Made by a program: the position numbers and the translations under genes
Assembly: GCA_054661495.1 (NCBI GenBank)
Contig: BAAFSQ010000215.1
Span: forward strand, 1 to 17,181
From: Zygophlyctis sp. KS116
Lineage: Eukaryota; Fungi; Chytridiomycota
Direction of reading: 5' to 3'
Length of the DNA stretch: 17,181 nt
Shown: positions 1 through 12,062 of the stretch, piece by piece
Layout: each line of letters begins with the position of its first letter
Numbering within the stretch: the first letter of the stretch is position 1
Notes under the pieces: generated by a model
The model's database searches: none
What the model saw: only the letters and a program-made list of their open reading frames with translations
What the model was told of the DNA's origin: nothing

Positions 1-160
1 TCATCACACTACACAAATGGCAAGCCTTTTAGTATTATAAACTTAAGCCACGTCCGGACATTTTATAGTCCTTGTGGATGTGCTGCATAAGTTTTTGATA
101 ACTGGAGCCTGCTTTCTTTCTTCCGCTTATTTCCACATTTACATAAAAATTCATTAGGCT
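1..160 (-). mobile_element. Decayed hAT-like DNA transposase N-terminal fragment (runs off window edge)
   Basis: Minus-strand translation across frameshifts gives PNEFLCKCGNKRKK / KAGSSYQKLMQHIHKDY / TWLKFIILKGLPFV*CD. This resembles the CxCG...NL..H BED-like finger and W..W/FI....LPF block of hAT-type transposases. Frameshifts and a stop are present. Confidence 0.55.
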
Positions 161-225
161 ACTCTGAACGTGTCTCTTTAATGTTTCGGGGAGGTGACAT
201 GAGCTGTGTAACCATTGTGGATCAA

Positions 226-692
226 GCTTCATTTTGAGTCTGATATCATATTTTCTTAAGATATCAAATACCACTCGGAGATGAGCCATGTGTTCCTCTA
301 AAGTAGTACATAATTAGAATTTCATGGACTAAAGTAGCAAATATTGATTGCATCATTCGAAAAAAGTGCGTGGGTCACATTGAATTGGAAGGTTCCAAAG
401 GGGTTTATAAAGAAAGTAAGAGGTTTAGACTTTGAATCTTACTTGTATTGCCAATAGCCAGAGAAACAATCTGATGCCGTAAAATGCGTTTAGCCTGCTA
501 AGAATTCGAGGCAGTCATCAATCCTAAGGAGTGGAAATCGGTCTCGTATTGTTAATAAATTGAGCTTCTTGTAGTTCACACAAAATCTTATTGATCCATC
601 GGGTTTGTTCAGCAGTACAATTGGGTCCACGGAGCCTTGGACTTTCAATAACATTATTTGCCAACATCTTCTCGAGTTCGGAATCGATTGAT
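226..692 (-). mobile_element. Ty3/Gypsy LTR-retrotransposon reverse transcriptase relic (pseudogenised)
   Basis: IDSELEKMLANNVIE / APW / PIVLLNKPDGSIRFCVNYKKLNLLTIRDRFPLLRIDDCLEFLAG*THFTASDCFSGYWQYK*DSKSKPLTFFINPFGTFQFNV ... LEEHMAHLRVVFDILRKYDIRLK. These are classic Gypsy RT blocks with 2 in-frame stops, frameshifts, and the MPFGL and YxDD motifs deleted. Confidence 0.92.
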
Positions 693-1066
693 TGCTTTTT
701 GGAAGTGTTTATCCTCTACTCTCTGCAACGTATTGGCAGTTATGTAAAAGAGCAATGCCATTCCTCTTGAAATCTCAGCTGCGAACTCTTTGCCATTTTA
801 GGAACAAGAAAGCCTTTTATAGAAATCTAACCTAGATTTTTCAAGAGTAAAAGAAATTACGGCATATGACAAGATCCTTTTGACTTGTCAAACTTTTGCA
901 AATGAGCCACAGCTCCATCAACCTTTTTACAAGTCTCTACCACTTTACCACAATGTATACATTGGAGCTCTGGCAGCTGACGGCCATTTTCAATGTTTGA
1001 TAAAAATCCCCAAGCTGAATTCTCTGGGCGACCGGAACGTTTGGTAGTAGATGATCCTATCTCCAT
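680..1066 (-). mobile_element. Decayed hAT-type transposase N-terminus with BED zinc finger
   Basis: GRPENSAWGF...CIHCGKVV...AVAHLQK (BED-like finger), then after frameshifts SIKGFLVPKMAKSSQLRFQEE / FYITANTLQRVEDKHFQKAI, typical of the region after the BED finger in hAT transposases. A possible terminus TAAGGCTGGCCA begins at 1247 on the minus strand (unverified). Confidence 0.65.
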
Positions 1067-1386
1067 TGGAAATTAAATTAAAAATTAAAAGGCATTTAAA
1101 TTAAACTTTGAAATCTCGTTACCCTTCGTTTGAAGACGAAGGGCTAGGAACTAAAACTCGTTTTGTTGCAAAAGAATACTAACATAACAATAGAAATATT
1201 TGAAGTACTTGATCATTGATCGAGCAAACCATGGGTGGCCAGCCTTACTGAAGAACATTTAGCGCTCTTTCTAAAAAATACACAAACCAATACAAATCGC
1301 GACATTTTAAGCCTGAGCCTGGGCCTAGTAAATTTTTACCAAATTTTGACAATTGTAAATCTCTAAGAATTAAAAAAAATAGGATA

Positions 1387-1605
1387 ATGGCAGCAGTTCC
1401 CAATATTAGAGCCAAGAATAAAAAACAATTGGATAATTCCAACAAGAGAGGACCAGGAGAGTCACGAAAAAAGACTTTAAATGTAATTTAAAGTATTAAA
1501 AAATAGAAAAAGGAAGGAATACAATTGTCTAGATCCATGACTTTCTTTTTACTTTTCGTTTTAATTGGATCTTTGGTTTTTTCCCTTCTTAATTATTTTA
1601 TTTAA
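1387..1605 (+). CDS. RAMP4/SERP1/Ysy6-family ribosome-associated ER membrane protein, 64 aa (missed by ORF track)
   Basis: Exons 1387-1482 and 1507-1605, 24-nt intron 1483-1506 (GTAATT...ATAG). Product MAAVPNIRAKNKKQLDNSNKRGPGESRKKTLNKKEGIQLSRSMTFFLLFVLIGSLVFSLLNYFI has a basic N-terminus with R..N.K...N..KRG and a C-terminal TM helix with FV.IGS, as in RAMP4. Confidence 0.85.
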
Positions 1606-1610
1606 AAAAA

Positions 1611-3187
1611 ATGATTGAAGATGTATATATTTCTCTACATACAGAGCCTTTAAAGAGAGAACATCCATTAGAAAATATAGAGTTTCCTATTCTAGAAACT
1701 ATAGTTCACAAGGATAATGAGATAAGTCTGGATGAAGAAGAACTTTTAAGGGAATTTCTAGATTTGGAGACTCCAGTTATTGACACAAATATTGAATTGT
1801 TTTTCGAAATTCTAGGAATACAATTACTCACTAGAGAATTATATGATACTCTAGAGGTTGAATTTCCAAGGGATTTTGTTTCGACTCTGGAGTTGGAATC
1901 AAGAGTTTTAAAAGGAGTTAAAGTTGTTTCTATTCTCAGAAATTCTGTAAATTTGGAATTTACAAAAAAGTATAGACTAGAAATTCTAAAGGAAATTCTC
2001 AAAGTTTATTCTATACATTCAAAGGTCTCTACGACGAGTTTTAAACTCTTATTCGTGTATATTTTACAGAAATGGGATGATGCAGGGAATTGGGTTTTAC
2101 AGGATCTACAAGGATTTTGGATTTGGTTGCTTTTAAAATACGTTAATGATTCGAATACTATAGATTGTATAATGGTTACAATTTTTAGATATGTAGAAGA
2201 GATTAGAGAACATAGACAAGAAAGGTTTTTAAATCTAGTGGAAATGGAATGGATGGATGAGTTATTTAGGCTTTTAAATCAGGGAAAAAGTGGTAATATT
2301 TTGTTTTTAAGGAATAGAAGTTGTGGAATTGACAAAAAGGATAGTTAGGGAAAGTGTGTCTACTCCTGATGGGCATTTACTTTTTATGAATTTAATTACT
2401 GGAGTTAATCCTTTAAGTGAATTTGTATACAAGATTTCTAAAGGTCAACAAGTCGGATTTGAAGTATTACATGATATGATTACTGCTACGCCTTCTATAA
2501 ATGGAATGGGATTTACTGGTTGGACTCCAATTTATGAGCCAAGAAATGCAGCAATCAAGTATTTATTACCAAATTTAAAAGAATTTTGTATAAATCATTA
2601 CTCAAATTCTAATACTAAAAAACTCTACGTTTTAGAAATACTAGTCACAATTCTTGTTTCTGTTGGAAAAGAACAAGATTTGGAATTTTTCAAAAGTTTA
2701 CCACTAAGACAAGTTACAAATGATTTTTTTAACAGATATCAGTAATTTTATACATTTAAAAAATAGCAATAATAGTATATTTCAGTCAAGATACTTTAAA
2801 TTAATATCTTGTATTTTGGATCTTGTTTCAAATCATGAATTAAAGCAACTTTTGGAATCTTGCGATTTGATTCAAGAACTTATTCAACATTACAAGTCTC
2901 ATAAAGGTATCTTTCAGTTTCTAAAAATAGAAAACAAGGGATTTATTCAACTATTAATTCCAAAAATGAGGTACGTTTTTCCTAAATAAACAATATTTAG
3001 TAAGATAATAGAACAAAATAAAGAATTGTGGGCTTGTGTATACGAACAGAAGGGGTGGAAAGATCTTTGCAGAGAAGTTGATGCAGATATTGAAAAACAA
3101 CAGACTATAATCTTTCCCAATCCTCCACCAAAATCTATCACAAAAAATCTTGAAATTGTTGAGCCCCCAGTGTTTAATAAAGAATGA
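1611..3187 (+). CDS. Large helical protein, possibly SAPS/SIT4-associated (PP6 regulatory subunit)-like, with one unresolved +1 frame change near 2724-2730
   Basis: Introns 2293-2317 (25 nt) and 2971-3000 (30 nt) join the ORFs in frame, stop TGA 3185-3187. Weak resemblance to SAPS blocks (LLKYV.DS..IDCIM..IF, EWMDELFRLL, GFIQLL...W). The junction between ORFs 2323 and 2720 is not explained by a typical intron. Confidence 0.55.
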
Positions 3188-3197
3188 ATATCAACAC

Positions 3198-4000
3198 TTA
3201 AATACTAGCTTTAGTACTTGATTCATCATCCTTTAATCTATCTGTTTCTTGCATCAAAGAATTCTTCTTTGATCTTGCGCATTGTATAGGAATTCCCTGT
3301 TTGATAAATCCCAAGGATAAATCAGAAATGGCTAATCTTAGAAATATAGATTTACCTAGACGTCCAGGATAATCTTTCGGACTATAAATAGTAAATGTGT
3401 CTGTTTCCACTGAAACTAGACTCTTTGAACCTTCTTTCTTGTCCATACTCCTTAAAATTAGTTAAAAAGAGCGAAATTTTATAGAGACTTTTGCTCTCTG
3501 AGGTGTCTGATTACTTACGGCAATTCAAAAGCAGAAATTTTCAACAAATATTCACCTTTTCCTCTACAAAAAAGATCTGAAAAAATAAAAAACAGTGAAT
3601 CAAGTCCTGATTCCGGATCAGTGAGTTTCCGACACTCTACAGTCTTTGATCCATCTAATAAATCTAATAACGAAATTGCCGTAATCATCTTGTTCGGACT
3701 AGAGATAAATTTAGAAAAACGTACATAACAAGCAAAGCATTAGCAACAAACCCATTATAGTCAAATTTTCTAGATTTAGAATTGTAAATCTTACGACAAA
3801 TCAGTCACCCTTTTCCCGTCAGAGTCATAAATTATCAATTCAATAACTGGTGGAGGTTCGATGGTTCTGCCATCTCTCTGATTGGAAGTCCTGCCCTGGA
3901 TAGGATTCTGTCTAATGCATAGTTTGTAACTCATTGATGGGATGTTGTTGCAGGGGGTTTCAGTTTTTTGTTCCAAATCTCTGGCTTTTGAAGACATCAT
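3198..4000 (-). CDS. Velvet-domain transcription factor (paralog 1)
   Basis: YKLCIRQNPIQGR...DGRTIEPPPVIEL, FFIFSDLFCRGKGEYLL, FTIYSPKDYPG..ISDLS..F..QG. Introns 3770-3794 (25), 3699-3724 (26), 3451-3518 (68) and 3332-3355 (24) restore the frame and the velvet consensus spacing. Confidence 0.9.
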
Positions 4001-4483
4001 GTGAAATTATGATTCATAATGAGTTGCTTGTGTTAAAATTGGCTGTACACACACGGATAAACATTTAGCCTAAATAGAAATCGGGAAATTTTCGTTCCAT
4101 TGGGGATTTTAATCGGCCGGTTAAATTATTTTCAAGTGAAAAATTTCTCTTGGATCGTAAATCGATAAAACTTTTTAAGTTTTTCCGACACTTTACTCCG
4201 GTGGCTTATAAGATGGGCTTTAAATCTAGATCTTCAGTGCCTAGGTCTGTTTTCAGCGGTAGGGTGAAATGGATCCCATTAAGAGCGTTCCATTTTGTTT
4301 TTATTGTTGAAATTTACATGATACCAATCTAAAATAGTCTACAGATATTTTGAACTCTAATGTTTCAAGTTTGAGAAGAATCCCAAATCTGAAACGTCGC
4401 AGATCTCACTCCAAGGATGTATGAAACATTACCCTTGTCGGATATAACAGATCGATAGCCCCTTCAAACAGTAGGATAATAAA

Positions 4484-5569
4484 ATGATTCAAACCACTAA
4501 TCTAGCTAGTCACTCTGTAGGCCTAAAAGGAAACTATGATCTCTTGCATTCACCTGAATTGACATTTCTGGATTACTTCAACTTTAAGGAAAGTCAAGAG
4601 GAAAGTTTAGAATCTCTCCAAGGGAATGAAAAGGTTGAAAGCAAGACTCAGGATGAAAGTACTCCAATTTGTTGTGGAGAAGCTTTTTTTTCAGTTCGAG
4701 ACTTTATGAATCATTTTGATGCAGAGCATAAGAATGAAGAAGTTACAAATGAGGAAGGATTGGAGGCTTTGAGAGGGAATACTCTCACTCCATCATTGCA
4801 AAATGGATTTTCCCAGATGGATCTGAAAAAGGAAGAATCTTATTGCCATACTCCTTTACTGGCTACAATCACTGAGGCAGATGAACCAATCATTGTTGCA
4901 GCTCCTAGTGCTAAAAGGTCTAGAGTTATTAGTGTCTCCCAAGGGAACAAGAAAGTAAAAGAATTTGGCGAAGAGCTCACATTAGCATTAGATGAATGGA
5001 ATACACCTTCAATTGATCCAAGTAACATGGGTTATATTGACAATTCAATGGCTCAATTTACTAATTTCTGGAATCTAGGAGAGACTGAAGCTGGGCAAGA
5101 ATATGTGGTTGATTATTTTAAATCTAATTTCGAATCTGATCCAATCCCTAATCGGTCTTATACTGCACCGCCTTATGTAGGAAAAGTAGTGGCTTCTCCA
5201 TCAAGAAGACTGTCAACATATTCAATTGATGATTCATCAAAACGCTTCGAATGTCCGAAACCATTTTGTAGCAAAGTGAGTTTGTTTTTTCTAAAGTTTT
5301 AGGTATACAAGAACACAAACGGTCTAAAGTACCACCTAGAGCATGGAAATTGCGAATTAGAATCTGAAGACATAACCGAAAGATTGGAAAATGATGCATT
5401 TATTCCAGACGAAATAAAGGTTGCAAACAGACCCTACTTTTGTAAAGTAGATGGATGTGCCAAAAAATATAAAAATCTCAATGGACTGAAATATCATGCC
5501 AAAATTTCCCATCCAAGAATTGACTTTAAATCTCAGGTCAAAGGATATAATAGTTCTAAACTTTCTTAG
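4484..5569 (+). CDS. SFP1: Sfp1-like split C2H2 zinc-finger transcription factor
   Basis: N-terminal CCG....F.....H...H motif, KRFECPKPFCSK|VYKNTNGLKYHLEHG and RPYFCKVDGCAKKYKNLNGLKYH. 27-nt intron 5276-5302. Confidence 0.85.
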
Positions 5570-5590
5570 CAATTTAATCATTATGCGTTT

Positions 5591-7415
<1,825 letters not shown>

Positions 7416-7490
7416 TCCGATATTTCTAAAATTCAAGGTATATCAAGAGATTTCACTTTTCAAATCTCCTGATCCTGACTCCAAACTCTA

Positions 7491-7882
7491 ATGATCTCAA
7501 CTCATGTCTTGGACACAAACAAGGGAATACCAGGCCAAGGAATCCCTGTACAACTCCTGCAGTACGTACCAGACACAAGTCAATGGATAGTTTTGGGAAA
7601 CTCAAGAACTGATAATGATGGTATAAATTTAAAAATATTAAAGACTAGGAAGATGTAAGGATTTAGTGAGTCCTTCTAGTACTATACAAGAGAATAGTAA
7701 ATGTAAATTAATTTTCCAATTATCAGAATACTTTGAAAACCAAGGAATAAAACCATTTTTTCCAGGTAAATCCAATAACTTAAATAGTAGAGGCTCAACT
7801 TATTTTTATAGTTGAAAAAGGACATTATCATGTTCCTCTACTTTTGTCTCCACACAGTTTTACAACGTACCGAGGATCATGA
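7491..7882 (+). CDS. uraH: 5-hydroxyisourate hydrolase (transthyretin-like protein; missed by ORF track)
   Basis: MISTHVLDTNKGIPG...TDNDGRC...YF...FFPEAQLIF...HYHVPLLLSPHSFTTYRGS*, with the diagnostic STHVLD, DGR, HYHVPLLLSP and terminal YRGS. Introns 7621-7648 (28) and 7766-7790 (25). Confidence 0.96.
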
Positions 7883-8383
7883 GAGTGGATTTTGTACTGA
7901 ATTAATTTTTATAAATGAAACGTCTGATCCATCAACAATTGCAACTTGCATTTTTGAATCTTTGTAAACTCTCAAATCTTTTACTGAGAGATTAGAGTTT
8001 GCATCCACAGTGACAACTTGAAAATCATATTTGGATTTTGTTTTTGGTTTATAAACTCTTTGAAAATCTTGAAAGAATTTTATACTGTATCCCAGTGTCC
8101 TTAATTCCTTAAAACTCTGATATTCAAGTTTCCAATATTTAATAAAAGCTTCTTGAAGAGAGAGTGGAACTTTTCCAACTTGTAGACAAATACTTTTTTT
8201 TTCTAGTAAATAGAGAGTTTCTAAAGCATTTAAGAATACAAAATTCCCTTTATTTACTCCCATACTCTTTACAAACGATCCCTTTTTAGCAATTACAGAT
8301 CCTAATTCCTCATTTACAACAGCAACAGTGGCAATCCTCTGTTCATCTCTGAATCCAAGCCTATAGTCAAAACAAGCATTCAT
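7877..8383 (-). CDS. SEN54: tRNA-splicing endonuclease subunit Sen54-like, compact (168 aa)
   Basis: KGSFVKSMG...LNALETLYLLEKKSI...PLSLQEAF...Y..FKELRTLGY and C-terminal VAIVDGSDVSFI. First ATG at 8383 (the ORF track starts at a TTG). Confidence 0.8.
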   Translation of the reverse strand: MNACFDYRLGFRDEQRIATVAVVNEELGSVIAKKGSFVKSMGVNKGNFVFLNALETLYLLEKKSICLQVGKVPLSLQEAFIKYWKLEYQSFKELRTLGYSIKFFQDFQRVYKPKTKSKYDFQVVTVDANSNLSVKDLRVYKDSKMQVAIVDGSDVSFIKINSVQNPLS

Positions 8384-8410
8384 TGTATTTTTTTTATTAA
8401 GAAACAAAAT

Positions 8411-8890
8411 TTAAAAGTCTTTTTTGTAGAGATATTCTTCCAATTTTAGAATCCTATTCTTATATTCTTCTTCTCTGATTAAGGCAGCCTTCTTTTCTGA
8501 CTCAGAGATTGCCAATTGTAAAGAGAGAACAGATTTCTCTTCTTCCAGTATTTTAACTTGTGCTTCTAGTTCCAGTAGCCTATTCAATTTCTTTTCCCTG
8601 GAACGAGCAGCAGCTTCTTTATTCTTTTGTCTCTTTACAGCCAATTCTGTAGTTGAAGATTTCCTTTTTAGAGATTCCACTTCTGAGTTACACATTGGAA
8701 ACGATATTTCACTCTTCATACTTTCTTCAGAATTTGAGATTGGAGAAGGAAGAAATGCTAATTCAGGCCAGCTAATTTGAGAAGTCATACAAGTCTCTGG
8801 AAAGACATAGCCACAAGCATCTTGTAAAGTATCTTGGATTGGAAAGATTTGTGCAGAGGAAGGAGAGGGGGCTCTTTTAACATAACACAT
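8411..8890 (-). CDS. bZIP transcription factor, Gcn4/ATF-like basic region
   Basis: KRQKNKEAAARSREKKLNRLLELEAQVKILEEEKSVL: N-x7-R basic motif plus leucine heptads. Single exon. Confidence 0.88.
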   Translation of the reverse strand: MCYVKRAPSPSSAQIFPIQDTLQDACGYVFPETCMTSQISWPELAFLPSPISNSEESMKSEISFPMCNSEVESLKRKSSTTELAVKRQKNKEAAARSREKKLNRLLELEAQVKILEEEKSVLSLQLAISESEKKAALIREEEYKNRILKLEEYLYKKDF

Positions 8891-9277
8891 TTTGAGTAAT
8901 TATTTGTTTTTCTCGAAAAAAAGTTGCTCACGTGCCGCAGATTGTTTGCAGATTTTGCTGATTTCCGGTTAAATGATCTGGTTTTACAATTTTCCGGGAA
9001 TTTTCAGGCGGAATTTTTTTTATCATGACAAAAGGAAGGGTCCAGAAAGGGTCTTATGGGTCTGGACAGGGGATTTCGGCTAAATTTGCATCATTCAAGG
9101 GCAGATCGCACTGTGGCGTTGTTTTCTTTGAGACAAGGCCTTATCAAAACCTAGGATTTTAGTATTACAAGTCGAGTGCTAGGTTGGCATTAGATAGGAA
9201 ATTATAAGGGGATTATAAAGGGAAATTAAATCTATTTAAAATATCAGACAAAAACCCTCAAGATTTCAAAGAGAAAT

Positions 9278-10367
9278 ATGCTGGACTATGACTCTGAAGA
9301 CTCTGACTTGGTAATTCCAGTCACGAAAAAAACTAAAAGGGAAATTAAAGATTTGAAGAGTATAATTCAATTAAATTCAAATGCTAAAAGAAGAAGAGAA
9401 AATTATAAAAATTTAACTTGTAAACTCTTGACTCAAAAATCACAAGATTTAAAAGATTTTGAGACAAAACCTTTTACACTTGAAAATGTTCAACATCCTG
9501 AATTTATAGATTTGTCACTATTAAAGGAATATTTTACTACAAATGTAATATTGGCAATGTTAAAAACTGGAAAAATAACAAATTTGAAAGAAATTACAGA
9601 TTGGACTCTAAATGTTGCGCTTCATTATTCTAAAGAAAATTGGAATTTCAAGGTTTTGCAAGTCTTGAAAGAAATTTTGGTATTTTTTTTCTTGAATTTA
9701 CTAATAGAATATTCACGGCGATGATACAAAGATGTTGGTTCAAAGGTCTTGGGAATTGGTTTTACAAGTTTTAAAGTCTAGGGAAAGTCATTTTGTCAAA
9801 ACAGCTTTTGAAATTTCTCTAATTCTGGAATTATCTCAACTTGACTCTGACGTGGATTGGAAGACTTTAGATAGGTTTGTAGAAGTATGTATGGATGAAT
9901 GGATCCTTTCAAATTATTTTCTTCTAGTGTCTCGAGTTTTAGCTCACTGGATCGGACGTATTTATAAAGATTATAAGGGAAAAGTAGTGGATTGGATCAT
10001 TGGTTTAAAGGATCCAAAAGGAATACTAAAGTTCTTAAGCTATTTAGAGCACTCAAAGAAAACTCTAGTGCAGGAAATATGCCAAGAGTTTTTATCTAAA
10101 GTGTACAAGAAGAAAAATTCTAAAGAATATCTGCAATTATTACTCTTGGAAGAAAGTATATTGGAAGACCAAAAAAACTATGAAAATGGGTTTTTATTGG
10201 TCTATCTTGTAAAATCAAGTTTAGAGATTAGAGAGCTTTCTTCAAAAGAAAAGGGGGAATGGTTATTATGGATAAAGAGGAAATCAAGAATGAAAACAAT
10301 TCTAACGGCAGAGTATATATCAGTTTTGAATTTTTTGAACGGATGGAGATTTATGTTTAAAGAATAA
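9278..10367 (+). CDS. Hypothetical helical protein, two exons
   Basis: The 28-nt intron 9680-9707 (GTATTT...CTAATAG) joins ORFs 9278 and 9732 in frame. No family recognised. Confidence 0.75.
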
Positions 10368-10613
10368 AATTTGTCAAATTTCAGGTTCTTAAAGAGCATG
10401 TGCAATCACGCCCTCCCGATCACTGGATCAGTCATCGGGTCATTTGCGGTAGAAATTGGATCGAAGATTAGATCTCCAAGATTAGATTTCCATAGAATTG
10501 ATTAATTTCTGAATGTATTGCACATGATTACAGTTAGAAATAACTGCTTGAGTGAGGCTTTGCTTTAATTAAATGCTTCGGCCCTTTACCAAAAAAAATT
10601 TTCCCAAGTCCCC

Positions 10614-11710
10614 ATGAGGATAACTCATCACGAAACAGATTCTGATATGTGCCCAGATAGACAATTGAATCATGATCAGGTACAAGCTTCTAGAAGTATT
10701 AGCCTGGAAAATCTATTGTGCTCAGAACCGGAGTCGCCTCCAAGAAATATTCAACAAACTTCTTCTAGTCAATATACCACTGTAGAAGTGGAACCTGATG
10801 GAAATGATGGGCAAGAGACTTCTATAAGTCATAATGAGACTAGCAGTACGGCTCATGGAATTAGTAATTCAGATCAAGCCGCCCCAGACCAAGAAATGGT
10901 TGAGCTTGGCAATAGCGAATCACAAATTGAGTCTGATTTTACTTCAAACCCAATTGTGAACTATCCCACTTTACCTAATAATCATGGCAGACATGTCAAA
11001 GTAGAACAGAAGGATGGAAATACCTTAATTATTAAATTTAGACAAGAGCCCCAGCGATCCAGAATGATTGGATTTGCTGAAAAAGACAGAAGGCCAATTG
11101 ATCCTCCTCCTGTTTTAGAGTTAATTTGTGTTGACAAGTCAGGAAAAACACTGGAGTAAGTTTTGAAAGAATTAAATTTAGCTGTTCTAATTTTTGTCAC
11201 GATTTAGTCGCATGTGCGTCATTGTTTTGCAAAGATGCCTACTTTAATCGCAGTCAAATCAGACAAATAAGATTAGATGCAGAGCATTTAGAGGATTCTA
11301 GAATTTTTAATAGCTTAGAAGGAGAGACAGATGCTAATTGTCAAGTAATTTTTGATGAAAATGGTCGAAAGGCATTTTTTTTCATTTTCCCACAGTTATC
11401 TGTTAGAATTAGAGGGGAATTTCGTTTAAAATTTGTGATTGTTAATCCAAGAGAGTAAGCATTTTCATATATAATCATTTTAGGGCTGAAAAGAATAGCA
11501 ACGGACATTGTCCAATCATTGCTGAAATATTCTCTGAACCGTTTATTGTATATTCCATTAAAAACTTTCCTGGTGTTAAAGGTATTTTCACTTTTTTCAC
11601 TAATCCAAGAAACCACCGAGTTATCTAGTTTAATCAGGAACCAGGGTATACGATTCAACTCTCGTCGTTTTGGTGTGTCTGACGAGAGGAACTCAATGCA
11701 TCCAAACTAA
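10614..11710 (+). CDS. Velvet-domain transcription factor (paralog 2) with low-complexity N-terminus
   Basis: RQEPQRSRMIGFAEKDRRPIDPPPVLEL, FFIFPQLSVRIRGEFRLKF, SEPFIVYSIKNFPG..ETTELS..I..QGIR. Introns 11156-11181 (26), 11455-11483 (29), 11582-11609 (28). Confidence 0.95.
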
Positions 11711-12062
11711 TTTGATTGATTCCAAGTTGTCTTTGTGACTATATTTGGAACTGATCAATACATTTTTTAATTTTATAATAAGTATATAACCAAAAGTCGT
11801 GCAAGTTTGATGGTGCTTAGATATCTGGAAATTATCGTTTCCAAGTAAAATTTTCCTCCTCCAATAAGTGAATGTCTCTGTTGCATCTCTTTAGAGTTCA
11901 ATCTGAAAACCTGAATATCTATCAATCTATATATTCTGATAGTTTTGAATCTTATAAATTACATTCCATTTACTCTTTTTTACACTTATAATACCCAAAA
12001 TGATTTAAAATATATACTTGACCTCGGATAAGAAGCTCGATTGTTTATTTTATGAAGGGGTT

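Noticed and set aside
35-289. 84-aa ORF as a real gene
   Set aside because: Chance read-through across the RT relic end and the hAT relic.
1122-1143. 8-bp hairpin CCCTTCGT-N6-ACGAAGGG as a terminator or Helitron end
   Set aside because: Eukaryotic context, short stem, probably subterminal transposon sequence. No function can be supported.
1245-1445. Hydrophobic 66-aa minus-strand ORF
   Set aside because: TTG start and largely antisense to the RAMP4 gene, which has family motifs and a clean intron.
4150-4332. 60-aa ORF in the velvet/Sfp1 spacer
   Set aside because: TTG start, no motifs, lies in a probable divergent promoter.
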